Source: Acidobacteriota bacterium (GTDB lineage Bacteria > Acidobacteriota > Thermoanaerobaculia > Multivoradales > UBA5704). From it: DNA of 36,792 bases. The notes under the pieces are model-generated. The model saw nothing but the letters and a program-made list of their open reading frames with translations, had not been told where the DNA came from and ran no database searches. Below, in pieces: positions 1 through 10,958 of this stretch. Within the stretch, counting starts at the first letter, position 1; every line of letters begins with the position of its first letter. The position numbers were made by a program, and so were the translations under genes. The stretch spans positions 1-36,792 of the forward strand of contig JBDTZG010000052.1 in NCBI GenBank assembly GCA_040005235.1, read 5' to 3'.

Positions 1-1100
1 AGGCGTCGTCCGTCCGCCGCAAACTGCCGCTCGAAGATGCCCGTGCCATCGCCGTCCTGGTTCGCGCCGCTCTGCCAGGCGACTAGGAAACCACCGCTTG
101 GGGTCGCCGCGACCGTCGAGGCCTCCTGCCGCCCGCGCCAGAACCTGTTGATCCGCACATTGTCGCCGAGCGGGGTGCCATCCTCCGCCAGCAGTTGTCC
201 GGCCACCCCCTGGATGTCTGCGAACGTCACCCCCGGTTCGCTTCCATCGCCGCCGCTGTCAGTCCAGGTGACGAACATGCGGCCGTCGGCCGCCATGGCG
301 ATCGCCGGATCGAACTGCGAGACCACGACGTTCTCGCCCGTATTGACCTCGAAGGTCTCTCGCCGCCGCGTGCCGTCGGCACCGTACAAGCTCAAGAAGA
401 TGTCGTAGAAGCTCGACTCGAACCCGTAGATCTGAGAGGCGATCGCAAAGCCGCCGTCGCCCCGCACGGCCACCCGCGGCAGCTCTCCGTCGTGTGACCG
501 AACGGCCGGACCGACGAACGCGCCGGCGGCAGTCATCCGGCGAAAGGCGATCTGCTGGATCTCGACGTCCTCCGGATCGAACCGGCCGGTAAATTCCGAC
601 CAGCCGATCACCGCCCGGCCGTCGGCGGTCATCGCGACGTCGGGATCGATCTCGTCGTGGTGGGAAGGCCGGACGGCGAACCGCGGACCGATCGTCCTGC
701 CGAGGGAGTCGAACCGCCGGCCGAAGACCTGAGCCGAGCCTCCGGTGGTGGCGGACGGTGACGTCCAGACCACCGTGAAACGGCCTGCGGCGTCCGCCGC
801 GACCCGCGGCGCGCTCGAGGGCACCCTGGGGAGGCGGGCGACCTCGATGTCGCCCCCTTTCGCCCGGCCATCCGCGGCGAAAAGCCGCGCCTTGACGAAC
901 AGTTGCGGCGGCGAGGCGAAAGCCTCGAACCAAACCGCGACGAAATCGCCGTTGCCGCCGGTCGCCACGTCACCCGTCAACTGAAAGCCGGCGTCATGCG
1001 GGTTGAGGCGTAGCTCGCCCCCCCGCAGGTCCTGTGCGGCGGCAGGCACGGCACAGGTACAAGCGAGCAAAAGGGGCATCGACCAGCGAAAGCTCAACAT
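1..1100 (-). CDS. Secreted repeat protein, probably beta-propeller-like; partial, runs off the window start
   Basis: Translated by hand; absent from the ORF track because there is no stop in the window. ATG at 1100 gives MLSFRWSMPLLLACTCAVPAAAQ (signal peptide), then repeated units such as FEVNTGENVVVSQFDPAIAMAADGRMFVTW and VRINRFWRGRQEASTVAATPSGGFLVAW. Confidence 0.75.
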   Translation of the reverse strand, partial: MLSFRWSMPLLLACTCAVPAAAQDLRGGELRLNPHDAGFQLTGDVATGGNGDFVAVWFEAFASPPQLFVKARLFAADGRAKGGDIEVARLPRVPSSAPRVAADAAGRFTVVWTSPSATTGGSAQVFGRRFDSLGRTIGPRFAVRPSHHDEIDPDVAMTADGRAVIGWSEFTGRFDPEDVEIQQIAFRRMTAAGAFVGPAVRSHDGELPRVAVRGDGGFAIASQIYGFESSFYDIFLSLYGADGTRRRETFEVNTGENVVVSQFDPAIAMAADGRMFVTWTDSGGDGSEPGVTFADIQGVAGQLLAEDGTPLGDNVRINRFWRGRQEASTVAATPSGGFLVAWQSGANQDGDGTGIFERQFAADGRR

Positions 1101-1356
1101 GGGAGTCTCCGTTTGAATCGGCAGTTTTCTACAACCCTGAAGCGGAGACTACCGCGAAGTACAGGGTTCCGACCGGCCGGCCGGGACCAAACCGCCGCTC
1201 TCTGGGACCGCTCGCCGAAATCCGCACGGCGCGAATCGGGCATGATTCGCGCCACGCCCGCGTTGAAGGGTCTTGGGCCGGGCTGATATCCTGCCCGTCC
1301 AATCCCCGGGGCGGGTTCCTCCCCGCGTTTTCCCTTTCAGACGGAGCTCCTACTCG

Positions 1357-2826
<1,470 letters not shown>

Positions 2827-2853
2827 GAAGTCGAAAAAGCCCGGAATCCGATC

Positions 2854-4095
2854 ATGACCAAAGCGGCACTGTTTGAGGTTCTCCAGAACGGCGAAAGCTC
2901 GGGAGTCGAGTTCAAGCTCGACGCGATCGAGCCTCGCTCTCTCGCCAAGGAGCTTGTCGCGTTCTCAAACCTCGAAGGCGGCCTGCTCCTGCTGGGGGTC
3001 CGCGACGATGGATCGGTTCAGGGGATAGAGCGCGAGCGACTCGAAGAGTGGGTAATGACGACCTGCCGCGACAAGATCCGTCCGGAGCTGATCCCGTATT
3101 TCGAAATTCTTCGCGATGTCGAACCCGGAAAGGACATCGCCGCCGTTCGAGTCGGGCGTGGATGGTCAGTCCATCACGTCTGGCACGGCCAGCACCGGAC
3201 CTACTACATTCGGGTCGGAACAACCAGCCGCGAAGCTTCCCCCGAGGAGCTCGCGCGGTTGTTCCAACAACGGGGCGACTTCCGAGTCGAGCTCCGCCCA
3301 ATCTCCGGCTCGGGCCTTTCGGATCTCGACCTCCGCCGCCTCCGCGACTACTTTTCACGGGTTCGTCAGCAGCCGGTTCCTGACGACAACGACGAGGAAG
3401 GTTGGCGTCGGCTGCTGGTCAACACCGAGCTCCTGAGCGATCAAGATCCGAATTTCCCCTGCACGGTGGCCGCCTTACTGTTGTTCGGCAACAAGCCGAA
3501 TCGATTCCTTCCGCAGTCGGGGATCGACGCGGTTTCCTATCCGGGCAATGAACCCGATTATGCGGCCAGGGAACGCGCCTCGTTGCGCGGCCCCATCACG
3601 CCGCTCTTCAGTCAAAGACCGAATGCCCATCCTGTCCTCGAAGAAGCGGGCTTGGTTGAACATGCCCTTGCGTTCGTCCGCCGCAACAGCGCGGTGACGG
3701 CGACTCTCGACGACGGAGCGCGCCGCGTCGAACGTTTCGATTATCCGGAAGAGGCGGTTCGCGAAGCGGTGGTCAACGCACTGATCCATCGCGACTATCT
3801 GCTCGCCGCGACCGATGTTCAGCTCGCCCTCTATAGCGACCGGCTCGAAATCATTTCCCCGGGAAGGTTACCTAACGGCATCACCGCCGAGCGCATGCGG
3901 GTCGGCTGCCGAGCGGCGCGCAACGAGCTTTTGAAGGACGTAATGCGCGACTACGGTTACCTGGAACATATGGGCCTAGGCGTCCCGCGCAAAATCATCC
4001 GCTTGATGCGCGATCACAACGGCACCGAGCCGGATCTGGTGACGGAGCACGAGCAACTCTTGCTCCGCCTGTGGAAACACTCGCGTTCTGAGTAA
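2854..4095 (+). CDS. Schlafen/AlbA_2 domain protein with RecG-C-like (HATPase_c_4) domain
   Basis: N-terminal GESSGVEFK...KELVAFSNLEGGLLLLGVRDDG (AlbA_2); C-terminal AVREAVVNALIHRDY...RLEIISPGRL...RN...GYLEHMGLGV. Confidence 0.85.
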   Translation: MTKAALFEVLQNGESSGVEFKLDAIEPRSLAKELVAFSNLEGGLLLLGVRDDGSVQGIERERLEEWVMTTCRDKIRPELIPYFEILRDVEPGKDIAAVRVGRGWSVHHVWHGQHRTYYIRVGTTSREASPEELARLFQQRGDFRVELRPISGSGLSDLDLRRLRDYFSRVRQQPVPDDNDEEGWRRLLVNTELLSDQDPNFPCTVAALLLFGNKPNRFLPQSGIDAVSYPGNEPDYAARERASLRGPITPLFSQRPNAHPVLEEAGLVEHALAFVRRNSAVTATLDDGARRVERFDYPEEAVREAVVNALIHRDYLLAATDVQLALYSDRLEIISPGRLPNGITAERMRVGCRAARNELLKDVMRDYGYLEHMGLGVPRKIIRLMRDHNGTEPDLVTEHEQLLLRLWKHSRSE

Positions 4096-4115
4096 GCATG
4101 GGGCAGGCGGACGAG

Positions 4116-4140
4116 GGGGCGACGCTTGCGTCGCCCCTAC
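4116..4140 (-). repeat. GTAG-type REP-like palindrome; may also act as a bidirectional terminator between convergent genes
   Basis: Minus strand reads GTAGGGGCGACGCAAGCGTCGCCCC: GTAG tetranucleotide plus a perfect GC-rich inverted repeat, lying between the convergent stops at 4095 and 4172. Confidence 0.6.
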
Positions 4141-4171
4141 GTCCGCCGACCTGCCGGTGCTGTGCCGCCGA

Positions 4172-4624
4172 TCAGCGGGAGGCGCCGAGGGTTACGTCTT
4201 CGGCAAAGGACTTTTGAAGATAGCCCTTGCCGCGGTGGAAGAACTGGGTATCGATCCGCTTCGGGTTGAACCACTTCTGAACGAAGGCGACGGTCTCGTC
4301 CAGATCGAATACTTTGCACGAGTAGACGTCGACGCTGATGAACCGGTTGTTCGCCGAGGTGTGCACCTGGATGCCGCTCTCGATGATCGGAATCCAGCCG
4401 CTGTAGCCGGGCTTGCCGGGAAACGTCGTCTCGCAGGTCTTGAAGATATAAGGTTGGGTCTGCTTCGTCATGTGAAGGTGAACGCAGATCTTGTCAAGGA
4501 ACTCGTAACCCTTTTCCAGATCGCAACAGGTCTCCACGTCGCAGCCGAAACAGTCGATGATCAGTTGGTAGCCCCAGGACGCTTCTTCCGGCGAAGCGCT
4601 GCCGAACAGGTTGTTTTCAGACAT
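4172..4624 (-). CDS. Pyruvoyl-dependent decarboxylase proenzyme of the S-adenosylmethionine decarboxylase (SpeD/SpeH class 1b) family
   Basis: GYQLIIDCFGC, PGYSGWIPIIE|SGIQVHT (E-S self-cleavage site) and ISVDVYSCK motifs; 150 aa. Substrate cannot be determined from sequence. Confidence 0.85.
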   Translation of the reverse strand: MSENNLFGSASPEEASWGYQLIIDCFGCDVETCCDLEKGYEFLDKICVHLHMTKQTQPYIFKTCETTFPGKPGYSGWIPIIESGIQVHTSANNRFISVDVYSCKVFDLDETVAFVQKWFNPKRIDTQFFHRGKGYLQKSFAEDVTLGASR

Positions 4625-4769
4625 CGTCGTCTCTCTCCAGCGCAGGCGCGGTAGGTTCGGTCGGTTTCTAATCGCTCGGTTGAAACATAGCGCCTTACAG
4701 GTACGGGCGCCGATCGATCTCGGATTTATCTCTTGGCGGAAGAGTTCGGAGTCATCTCGGGCTTCCTTT

Positions 4770-6893
4770 TCAAGCGGCGCCCGGTCGTCTATCTATGCCG
4801 ACCGCTTCGGCCGCGCGGTGTCCATTGACATCTTCCAAATTCGATCGCCGCCGAGGCAACGCTCCGGCAAGATCGCCGATCCTCTGGCCGCCGGGAACCC
4901 AGTCCGGACGATCTTCGAGCCTCTGCTCGGTGAAAGGTGTCGAATATCCGAGCGCGCGCCAAAGCGCTTCGGCGAAAGCCGGCATCAGCGGTCCGGAGAG
5001 CACCGCGAGCTGCTTGGCCGCGAGCAGCTCAAGCGCCACCCCGGTCCGCCGCTCTTCGCCCCGCGCTTCCACCCGCAGCCAGCCGCTTTCCGCGGCACCG
5101 AACCGCCGCGCCGCGCGCACCAGCTCGGAAAGGCCGCGTGCCGCGCGCACGAGAGAAAAGGTTTTCGGTTCGTACCCTTCGGCGATCTCGGCGGAGAGCT
5201 GCTCGATCCGGCGGTAAAAACGCCGATGATCCTCCGTCCAGTCGCCGGTCCAGGGCACCGCGCCGCCGTGCCGGGCGGTGACTTTTTCGGCGAGGCTCAA
5301 AAGCCAACCGCCAAATCCCTGATGCACTTCACGCTCGATCGTCTCGTCGAATTCGCGGCGGGTGAAGTTGCTCCCCTCCACTTCCGGCGCGCTCCAGGCG
5401 AGATAGAAGCGCACTTCGTCGGCCGGCACCTCGGCGACCATCTCGCGCCCCCAGATCGCATGCTGGCGGCTGGTCGAAAACTTCTTGCCGTCGAGGGACA
5501 AGAACTCGTTCATCACCAGCGCTTCCGGCAGGCGAATCTCGGCGTCGAAAGCTTTGAGCATCGCCGGCACCAGCAGGCCGTAGAAAAATCCGTTGTCCGA
5601 GCCGAAGCACTGGACCACGCTCGCTTGCGGAGACTTCCAGAAGCGCTCCCATGAGGCCTCCTCCGCCGGAACCCCCGCCATGTCGCAGACCTCGCGGGCG
5701 TAGGCCAGATAGCGCGGCGACATCTCGCACCAGACCCAGATCCGCTGCGCTTCGAACCCTGCAACCGGCACGGGAATGCCCCAGTCGGCCGGATGGGTGA
5801 CCGCGATGTCCGGCAAGCCGGCCTCGACCACCTGCTCGCACAGCGATCGCAGGCGCGGGTTCATCGCGGTCTTGAGCCAAAATTCGCGCAGGACGTCGAC
5901 GTGCCGCGAGAGCGGAAAATACAGCCGCGTGTAGTTGCGCGGCTCGGGTACACCTAAGCAATGGGTGCAGACCGGATCGATCAGATCGATGCAGTCGTTC
6001 GGCCGGCAGCACTCTTCGCAGCAGTTCCCGCCGCTGGTCGCCCCGCAATGCGGGCAGCCGCCGCGGATGTGGGCTTCGTAGAGATAGATCTCGCAGCGCG
6101 GGCAATACGGCGAAGGCGCCTCGCGCGCGACCAGCTGGCCCGACTCGTACAGGCGAAGGAAGAACGCCTGGACCAGATCGCGGTGGTACGGCGACGCGTT
6201 CGGGCGGGTGAAGGCGTCAAGCTCGATCTCCGCCGCGGCGAGGGTCTCTTGGATCTCGCCCGCGAGGAAGTCCGCCGCCTCGTTCGGTCCCAGGCCCAAC
6301 CGCTCGCCGTTGGTCTTCACGTAGCTCTGGTTGTCGTCCGAGCCGAAGACGTAACGCGCTTCCACGCCCCGCGAGCGGAGATAGCGGGCGATCACGTCGC
6401 CCGCCAGGTACGGACCGGACAGGTGGCCGAGGTGGAGGTCGCCGTTGGGAGTCGGCGGCGCGGCGGTCACCAGGGTCCGCACGGGCCGCACGATGGCCTC
6501 TGCGGCCTTGGCAGGTGCCGCCACCGTGGCCCCCCCGACCTCGCCGGAGTCGGCCCAGAGCTTGCGATCCTCCCACCAGACGGTGAGGAACAGAAGATCC
6601 TCGGTCTCGGAGGTATTGGTGAGCGTGTGCTGATCGAACGGCGGCAGGAAGATCACGTCGCCCGAGCCAATCTCGGTCGTATCGTCGGCGACCCGGATCA
6701 CGCCCCGGCCCCGGGCGACGAAGAACGTCTCGCCTTCCTGGTGGGTGTGGTGCTTGGTCGCGCCGAGCGGCGGCACCACCGCCCACGCCGAACCGAACGG
6801 CGTGCTGACCACCCCTTCCCAAGGGTAGAGCCCTTGGACCGAGATGCCGTACTCGCTTTCGAACTTTGCCGGGTCGAGCCTTTGGATGAACAT
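4770..6893 (-). CDS. Cupin-methionyl-tRNA-synthetase-like fusion (Spb40/PyrN-type hydrazine synthetase)
   Basis: True start MFIQRLDP at 6893. N-terminal cupin with HHTHQEGE and PPFDQH metal motifs, a linker, then a class I aaRS fold: TAAPPTPNGDLHLGH (HIGH), GSDD, CxxC zinc knuckles, KKFSTS (KMSKS). Adjacent to an N-hydroxylase. Confidence 0.88.
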   Translation of the reverse strand: MFIQRLDPAKFESEYGISVQGLYPWEGVVSTPFGSAWAVVPPLGATKHHTHQEGETFFVARGRGVIRVADDTTEIGSGDVIFLPPFDQHTLTNTSETEDLLFLTVWWEDRKLWADSGEVGGATVAAPAKAAEAIVRPVRTLVTAAPPTPNGDLHLGHLSGPYLAGDVIARYLRSRGVEARYVFGSDDNQSYVKTNGERLGLGPNEAADFLAGEIQETLAAAEIELDAFTRPNASPYHRDLVQAFFLRLYESGQLVAREAPSPYCPRCEIYLYEAHIRGGCPHCGATSGGNCCEECCRPNDCIDLIDPVCTHCLGVPEPRNYTRLYFPLSRHVDVLREFWLKTAMNPRLRSLCEQVVEAGLPDIAVTHPADWGIPVPVAGFEAQRIWVWCEMSPRYLAYAREVCDMAGVPAEEASWERFWKSPQASVVQCFGSDNGFFYGLLVPAMLKAFDAEIRLPEALVMNEFLSLDGKKFSTSRQHAIWGREMVAEVPADEVRFYLAWSAPEVEGSNFTRREFDETIEREVHQGFGGWLLSLAEKVTARHGGAVPWTGDWTEDHRRFYRRIEQLSAEIAEGYEPKTFSLVRAARGLSELVRAARRFGAAESGWLRVEARGEERRTGVALELLAAKQLAVLSGPLMPAFAEALWRALGYSTPFTEQRLEDRPDWVPGGQRIGDLAGALPRRRSNLEDVNGHRAAEAVGIDRRPGAA

Positions 6894-6922
6894 CGATCTC
6901 TCTCTCGCCTCTCGCGCCCCGG

Positions 6923-8287
6923 TCAGACCGCGACCGCCTCGACCACTTGGTCCAAAGCGCTCTGCCGGGCATCGACCAACGAATCGAGAATGTTGCCCGC
7001 GCGGATCGGCAGGAGCGACAGGACCGTCTCGCTCGCACCGTGCCGGCGCTCCGAGAAGCCCTGGAGATATACGCCTGGAGCGAAGCCCGGCTTCGATTCG
7101 ACCCGGTAGTCGCGACGGATCCGATATTCGTATCCCCCGCCGGGGACCGGGACTGGATCGCGCTCCAGGTGGCTCGCGACCTCGGCGAGCAGCGGATGGT
7201 CCGACGGCCAGTGATAGCCGGTGGCGAGGATCAACGCATCGACCTCCATCTCGTACGGCCGCTCTTCGAGGGTGTTTTGGAACCTCGCCCAGACCGTGGC
7301 CTCTCGCTCCTCGATCTCCCGCAGCTCCAGGAACGGCAGGAGCGTCGCGCGATTCTTTCCTTCCACCCGTTCGTTGTAGATCTGGCGGTAGATCTGCTGG
7401 ATCAACGGCGCGTCGACCACCGCGTAGTTGACGTCGCGGCACATATCCAGCACCCGGGCGCGCTTCTCGTCGGTGAGCGAGTAGAGCCAGTCGACCCGCT
7501 GGGGAAAGAAGATCTCGTTCGTGAAGTGGCTGTCGTCGACCGGCTTGTAAGCGTATTTCCGGAGCGTCGAGGTGACCTGCGCGTTCGGGTAGTGGGTGAG
7601 CAGGTAGCTGAACAGCTCGGCTCCGCTCTGCCCCGCGCCGACCACCGCGAACTTGTAGGGTGCCGTCTTGTCCGGAAAGTCGTTGCGCATGCGACGCAGG
7701 AATTCATGGTTGTGGAAAGCGCGGCCTCCCGGCACCAAGCGGAGCGGCGGCGGAACCGCAGGAATGCCCCCCGTTGCGAGGACGATGTTCCGGGTCAATA
7801 CCTCTTGGTCTTCGCCGGTCGCGAGATCGCGCGACACGACACGCAGCAGGTCGATCGAGCCGGGCGCCTCGCCGGGCTCGGGGTGGATCGCGACCACTTC
7901 GCAACCCCAACGCACCCGCTCGGAAAGCGCCTCGGCGACCCACACCAGGTAATCGTTGAACTCGATCCGGCCGGGGAACAGGTCGCGCAGGTTCAGGAAC
8001 TCGAACAGCCGTCCTTTTTCCTTCAGGTAGTTCAAGAAAGTAAAACGACTCTGAGGATTCCTTACGGTTGCAAGGTCCTTGAGCACGGAGATCTGGATCA
8101 GCGAGTCTTCGAGCAACATTCCGGGATGCCAGACCGGACCGGTCTTGCCCTCCAGAAACAGTCGGGACATCTGAGACGCCTCGGGCGCCTCTTCCAACGC
8201 GACGGCAAGAGCCAGGTTCGACGGACCGAACCCGACGCCGATGACGTCGAAAGCGCCGACAGCTTCGGCGCGGAGTGGCAATGTCAT
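6923..8287 (-). CDS. FAD/NADPH-dependent ornithine/lysine N-hydroxylase (PvdA/SidA/KtzI/IucD family)
   Basis: GVGFGPSNLALA (FAD), WHPGML, QISVLKDL, VVGAGQSGAE (NADPH), DDSHFTNEIF, NYAVVD, LATGY. Start is ATG 8287 or GTG 8299. Confidence 0.93.
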   Translation of the reverse strand: MTLPLRAEAVGAFDVIGVGFGPSNLALAVALEEAPEASQMSRLFLEGKTGPVWHPGMLLEDSLIQISVLKDLATVRNPQSRFTFLNYLKEKGRLFEFLNLRDLFPGRIEFNDYLVWVAEALSERVRWGCEVVAIHPEPGEAPGSIDLLRVVSRDLATGEDQEVLTRNIVLATGGIPAVPPPLRLVPGGRAFHNHEFLRRMRNDFPDKTAPYKFAVVGAGQSGAELFSYLLTHYPNAQVTSTLRKYAYKPVDDSHFTNEIFFPQRVDWLYSLTDEKRARVLDMCRDVNYAVVDAPLIQQIYRQIYNERVEGKNRATLLPFLELREIEEREATVWARFQNTLEERPYEMEVDALILATGYHWPSDHPLLAEVASHLERDPVPVPGGGYEYRIRRDYRVESKPGFAPGVYLQGFSERRHGASETVLSLLPIRAGNILDSLVDARQSALDQVVEAVAV

Positions 8288-8379
8288 GTTAATGGACACC
8301 TCGGTCGCGTACCCGAAGACGCCCCCACTTCGAAATGGGCGTCAATAACGGTACTCACCTAACAGTGTCCTGCCAGAGG

Positions 8380-8402
8380 AAAAGGGGGACGATTCGTCCC
8401 CC
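8380..8402 (-). terminator. Probable intrinsic terminator of the M28 peptidase gene
   Basis: Minus strand GGGGGACGA-A-TCGTCCCCC followed by TTTT, ~45 bp after the stop at 8447. Confidence 0.5.
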
Positions 8403-8446
8403 TCCCCCCTCCTCCGCTCGGCCGCCAGGCCTTTCCGGTCCGTAGT

Positions 8447-10744
8447 TTAGAGATGGACCTTGCGGCTGACGACGATCGCATCGCCGTCGGAAATCATCTC
8501 CGCCGGCCGGGCTGCGACGAGCGCACGGGCCGCGGGGGGGAGTCCGAGCGACCGGTCGACCAGATAGCCGTCGATCGGCCCAGAGCTGCCGACGACCAGA
8601 TCGAGCACGATCCCCTCGGGCGGCGTCGACAGGCACTGGAACGTAAACCAGTCGCCACGCTGCGGAATTTTGCCTTCCTTGGTCATCGGAATTTCCGTAT
8701 CCCCCATCCGCGCCGAGCGGATGTTCGCGGCAACCGGCACATGGAGGGTGACCGAGGGGGCGCCGCGCGGCGAGACGAGCCGCAGGGAGAGATGCCGGCC
8801 GTCCGGACGCGGCTCGTCGACCAGCACCTCGATCGTCGGAACGACCAAAGGAAGGGGCGGAGCCGGGGCCACGGCGGCCTTCGCCTGAGGGAAAGACCAG
8901 GCGAACGGCTGGCCGATGGCAAACGGCGCGGCGGCGGTGAGCGTAGCGGGGAGCGGACGCCCCGGCGCGAGATCGCCCGCGAGAACCCAGCGGCCGGCGC
9001 CGGCATCCGAATCGAGATGATAGGTCAGAGTCATCCGCTGCGGTGCCGCGGCGGAGGCGCGGGTGGTGGCCGGCACCAGGAACGCCGTCACCACGCCGAC
9101 CAAGGCGATCGCGCCGATCCAGAGCGCCGGACGGCGCGCGTCGGCGTGGAGCGGCGCGAGCGGCATGGCGATCAACCCGAAGACCGCCGCGATCACCGCG
9201 AGGCCCGGCGTGCCGAGACCGGCAAAGAAGAGCAGGGCCAGCGGCGCCCAAAGGATTCCGACCACCGCGAGCGGCAGCAAGGCCGCCAGCCACGGCCGGC
9301 CCGGAAGCCCAAACCAGCCGGCGAGGCCCGCAACCAAAGAAGGGATCACGAACAGGTAGCTTGCGCCGGGCACCAGCACCGCGGTCGCGACGCCGAGGAT
9401 CGACCAGGCGAGCCACACCCCCGTCCACACCCCCGCCGCCCGCGCGTTTCGGGAGACGGCCGCGAGCACGCCCAACACGGCCAAGGCGGCCAAAGCGCCT
9501 ACCGACAGAAGAAGCGCGCCGGCCTCCGCCGGCCAGGCGACCGCCAATCCGCCCGCGATTCTTTCCGCATTGACGAACACGAGGCCGATGCCGGCCGCCG
9601 CCAAAATCGAGGCCAACGCTCCGACCAGCGCCAGGATCGAGCCCCCGGGGCTCGCGACGCGGGCGCCCCAGGCCTTGCGGCAGGCGAGTCCCACGGCGAG
9701 CAGCGCCAGCACCGCGAGCGGCAAGGTCGCAGCGGCGGGCCAACGAACGATGCCGAGCGAGAGCACGTCGAAGAACACGGCGGGACCCTGCTTCGGCCGG
9801 TCGAGCTGAGCCCCGGCGAGCGCTCGCGCCAGCTCGAAGGCGCTCTCCCCCATGTGCTGCAAGCTCGCGGGCGAGGCGTTGGCGAGGCTGTCGAGCGGCG
9901 TATGGTAGCGCTCGGCGTCGCCGATCAGGGCGAAGTTGAACCCCGGCATCCCTTCGCGATTGAAGACGGTGTAGTCGGTGTCGTTCGGCAGCCGTTCGTA
10001 GATCGAAACGAACACCGACGAGGCGACCGGTCGCGAAACCGCATGGGCGAACAGCGGAATCCACGCCCCGTTGGTGTGCTGGGTCTGGAACATCAAACCG
10101 GGACCGGTCGTGCCCCGCGCCTCCAGGTTGATCACCACTCCGACCTCTTTGGCCGTCGGCGTCCGAACGAACGCTTCGGCGCCCAACAGGCCGGCCTCCT
10201 CGCCGTCGTCGACCAGGAAGATCACCGGGTTGTCGGGCGCCGGACCGGCCTTCATCAGGCGCGCGATCTCCAGAATAGCGGCGACGCCCGTCAGGTCGTC
10301 GGAAACGCCCGGACCGCTCGGCACCGAATCGTAGTGGGCCGACAGCAGAACCGCCTTGGGAGTAGACGCCCCCGCCTCGGTGTTTGCGGCGAGACGGGCC
10401 ACGACGTTTTGGACCGTAGTGCAGGGGCCGCCCAGGCGACAGACGAAACCGGGAACCACCTCAGGCTCGTAGCCGAGGCGTCGAAACGCCAGGAGCACCC
10501 GCTCCCGCGTGGCGGCGTTGGCCGCGCTGCCCACCGGATGCGGCTCGCCGTTGCCGACCAGCTCCGCGAGCACCGCCCCCGCCCGCCGGGCGGAAAACTC
10601 CATCTCCGGCGCATCCACAGGTTTGGCCGCAGGAGGCCGGAGCCGCACCACCGCCAGGCCGAACAGCGCCGCGAGAAGCAGCAACCCCACGATCAGCCCG
10701 CCGCTCCCCTTCCTCGAATTCGCCTCGCCGCCCGGCTCGACCAT
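8447..10744 (-). CDS. M28 family membrane metallopeptidase (ERMP1-like architecture)
   Basis: LLSAHYDS, GVSDDLTGVA, DGEEAGLLGA, NLEARG, TDY and YHTPLD zinc-ligand motifs, followed by about 8 TM helices and a C-terminal soluble domain. Confidence 0.9.
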   Translation of the reverse strand: MVEPGGEANSRKGSGGLIVGLLLLAALFGLAVVRLRPPAAKPVDAPEMEFSARRAGAVLAELVGNGEPHPVGSAANAATRERVLLAFRRLGYEPEVVPGFVCRLGGPCTTVQNVVARLAANTEAGASTPKAVLLSAHYDSVPSGPGVSDDLTGVAAILEIARLMKAGPAPDNPVIFLVDDGEEAGLLGAEAFVRTPTAKEVGVVINLEARGTTGPGLMFQTQHTNGAWIPLFAHAVSRPVASSVFVSIYERLPNDTDYTVFNREGMPGFNFALIGDAERYHTPLDSLANASPASLQHMGESAFELARALAGAQLDRPKQGPAVFFDVLSLGIVRWPAAATLPLAVLALLAVGLACRKAWGARVASPGGSILALVGALASILAAAGIGLVFVNAERIAGGLAVAWPAEAGALLLSVGALAALAVLGVLAAVSRNARAAGVWTGVWLAWSILGVATAVLVPGASYLFVIPSLVAGLAGWFGLPGRPWLAALLPLAVVGILWAPLALLFFAGLGTPGLAVIAAVFGLIAMPLAPLHADARRPALWIGAIALVGVVTAFLVPATTRASAAAPQRMTLTYHLDSDAGAGRWVLAGDLAPGRPLPATLTAAAPFAIGQPFAWSFPQAKAAVAPAPPLPLVVPTIEVLVDEPRPDGRHLSLRLVSPRGAPSVTLHVPVAANIRSARMGDTEIPMTKEGKIPQRGDWFTFQCLSTPPEGIVLDLVVGSSGPIDGYLVDRSLGLPPAARALVAARPAEMISDGDAIVVSRKVHL

Positions 10745-10958
10745 GCGCGTCTCTCCCCTTTTTCACCCGAAGCTCGACCGGGATTCGGTCGCGATGTTCG
10801 CTGGTTCTACTCCTCCCTATGGTGCCACAGAGTGGGGAAAGGGGGGCAGGGGGCCGAGGTCGGCACTGAAGCGCCCGTTTCGGAGCACGATGGTTCTAGA
10901 ATCCGCGCCTGCCCCATCGCTCTCTTGGATGGGCTCAACCGCAACTCAAGGAGCTGTC

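Noticed and set aside
1101-1356. Purine riboswitch or other leader RNA before guaB
   Set aside because: No recognisable aptamer consensus by eye; an Rfam/Infernal scan would be needed to exclude it fully.
4770-7442. 890-aa ORF as housekeeping metG with a long N-terminus
   Set aside because: The first 183 codons overlap the N-hydroxylase gene in another frame, so the real start is 6893. The cupin fusion, divergent motifs and N-hydroxylase neighbour argue against a translational MetRS.
6923-8287. Siderophore biosynthesis cluster
   Set aside because: No NRPS, IucA/IucC synthetase, acyl/formyltransferase or TonB receptor nearby; the cupin-MetRS partner explains the hydroxylase better.
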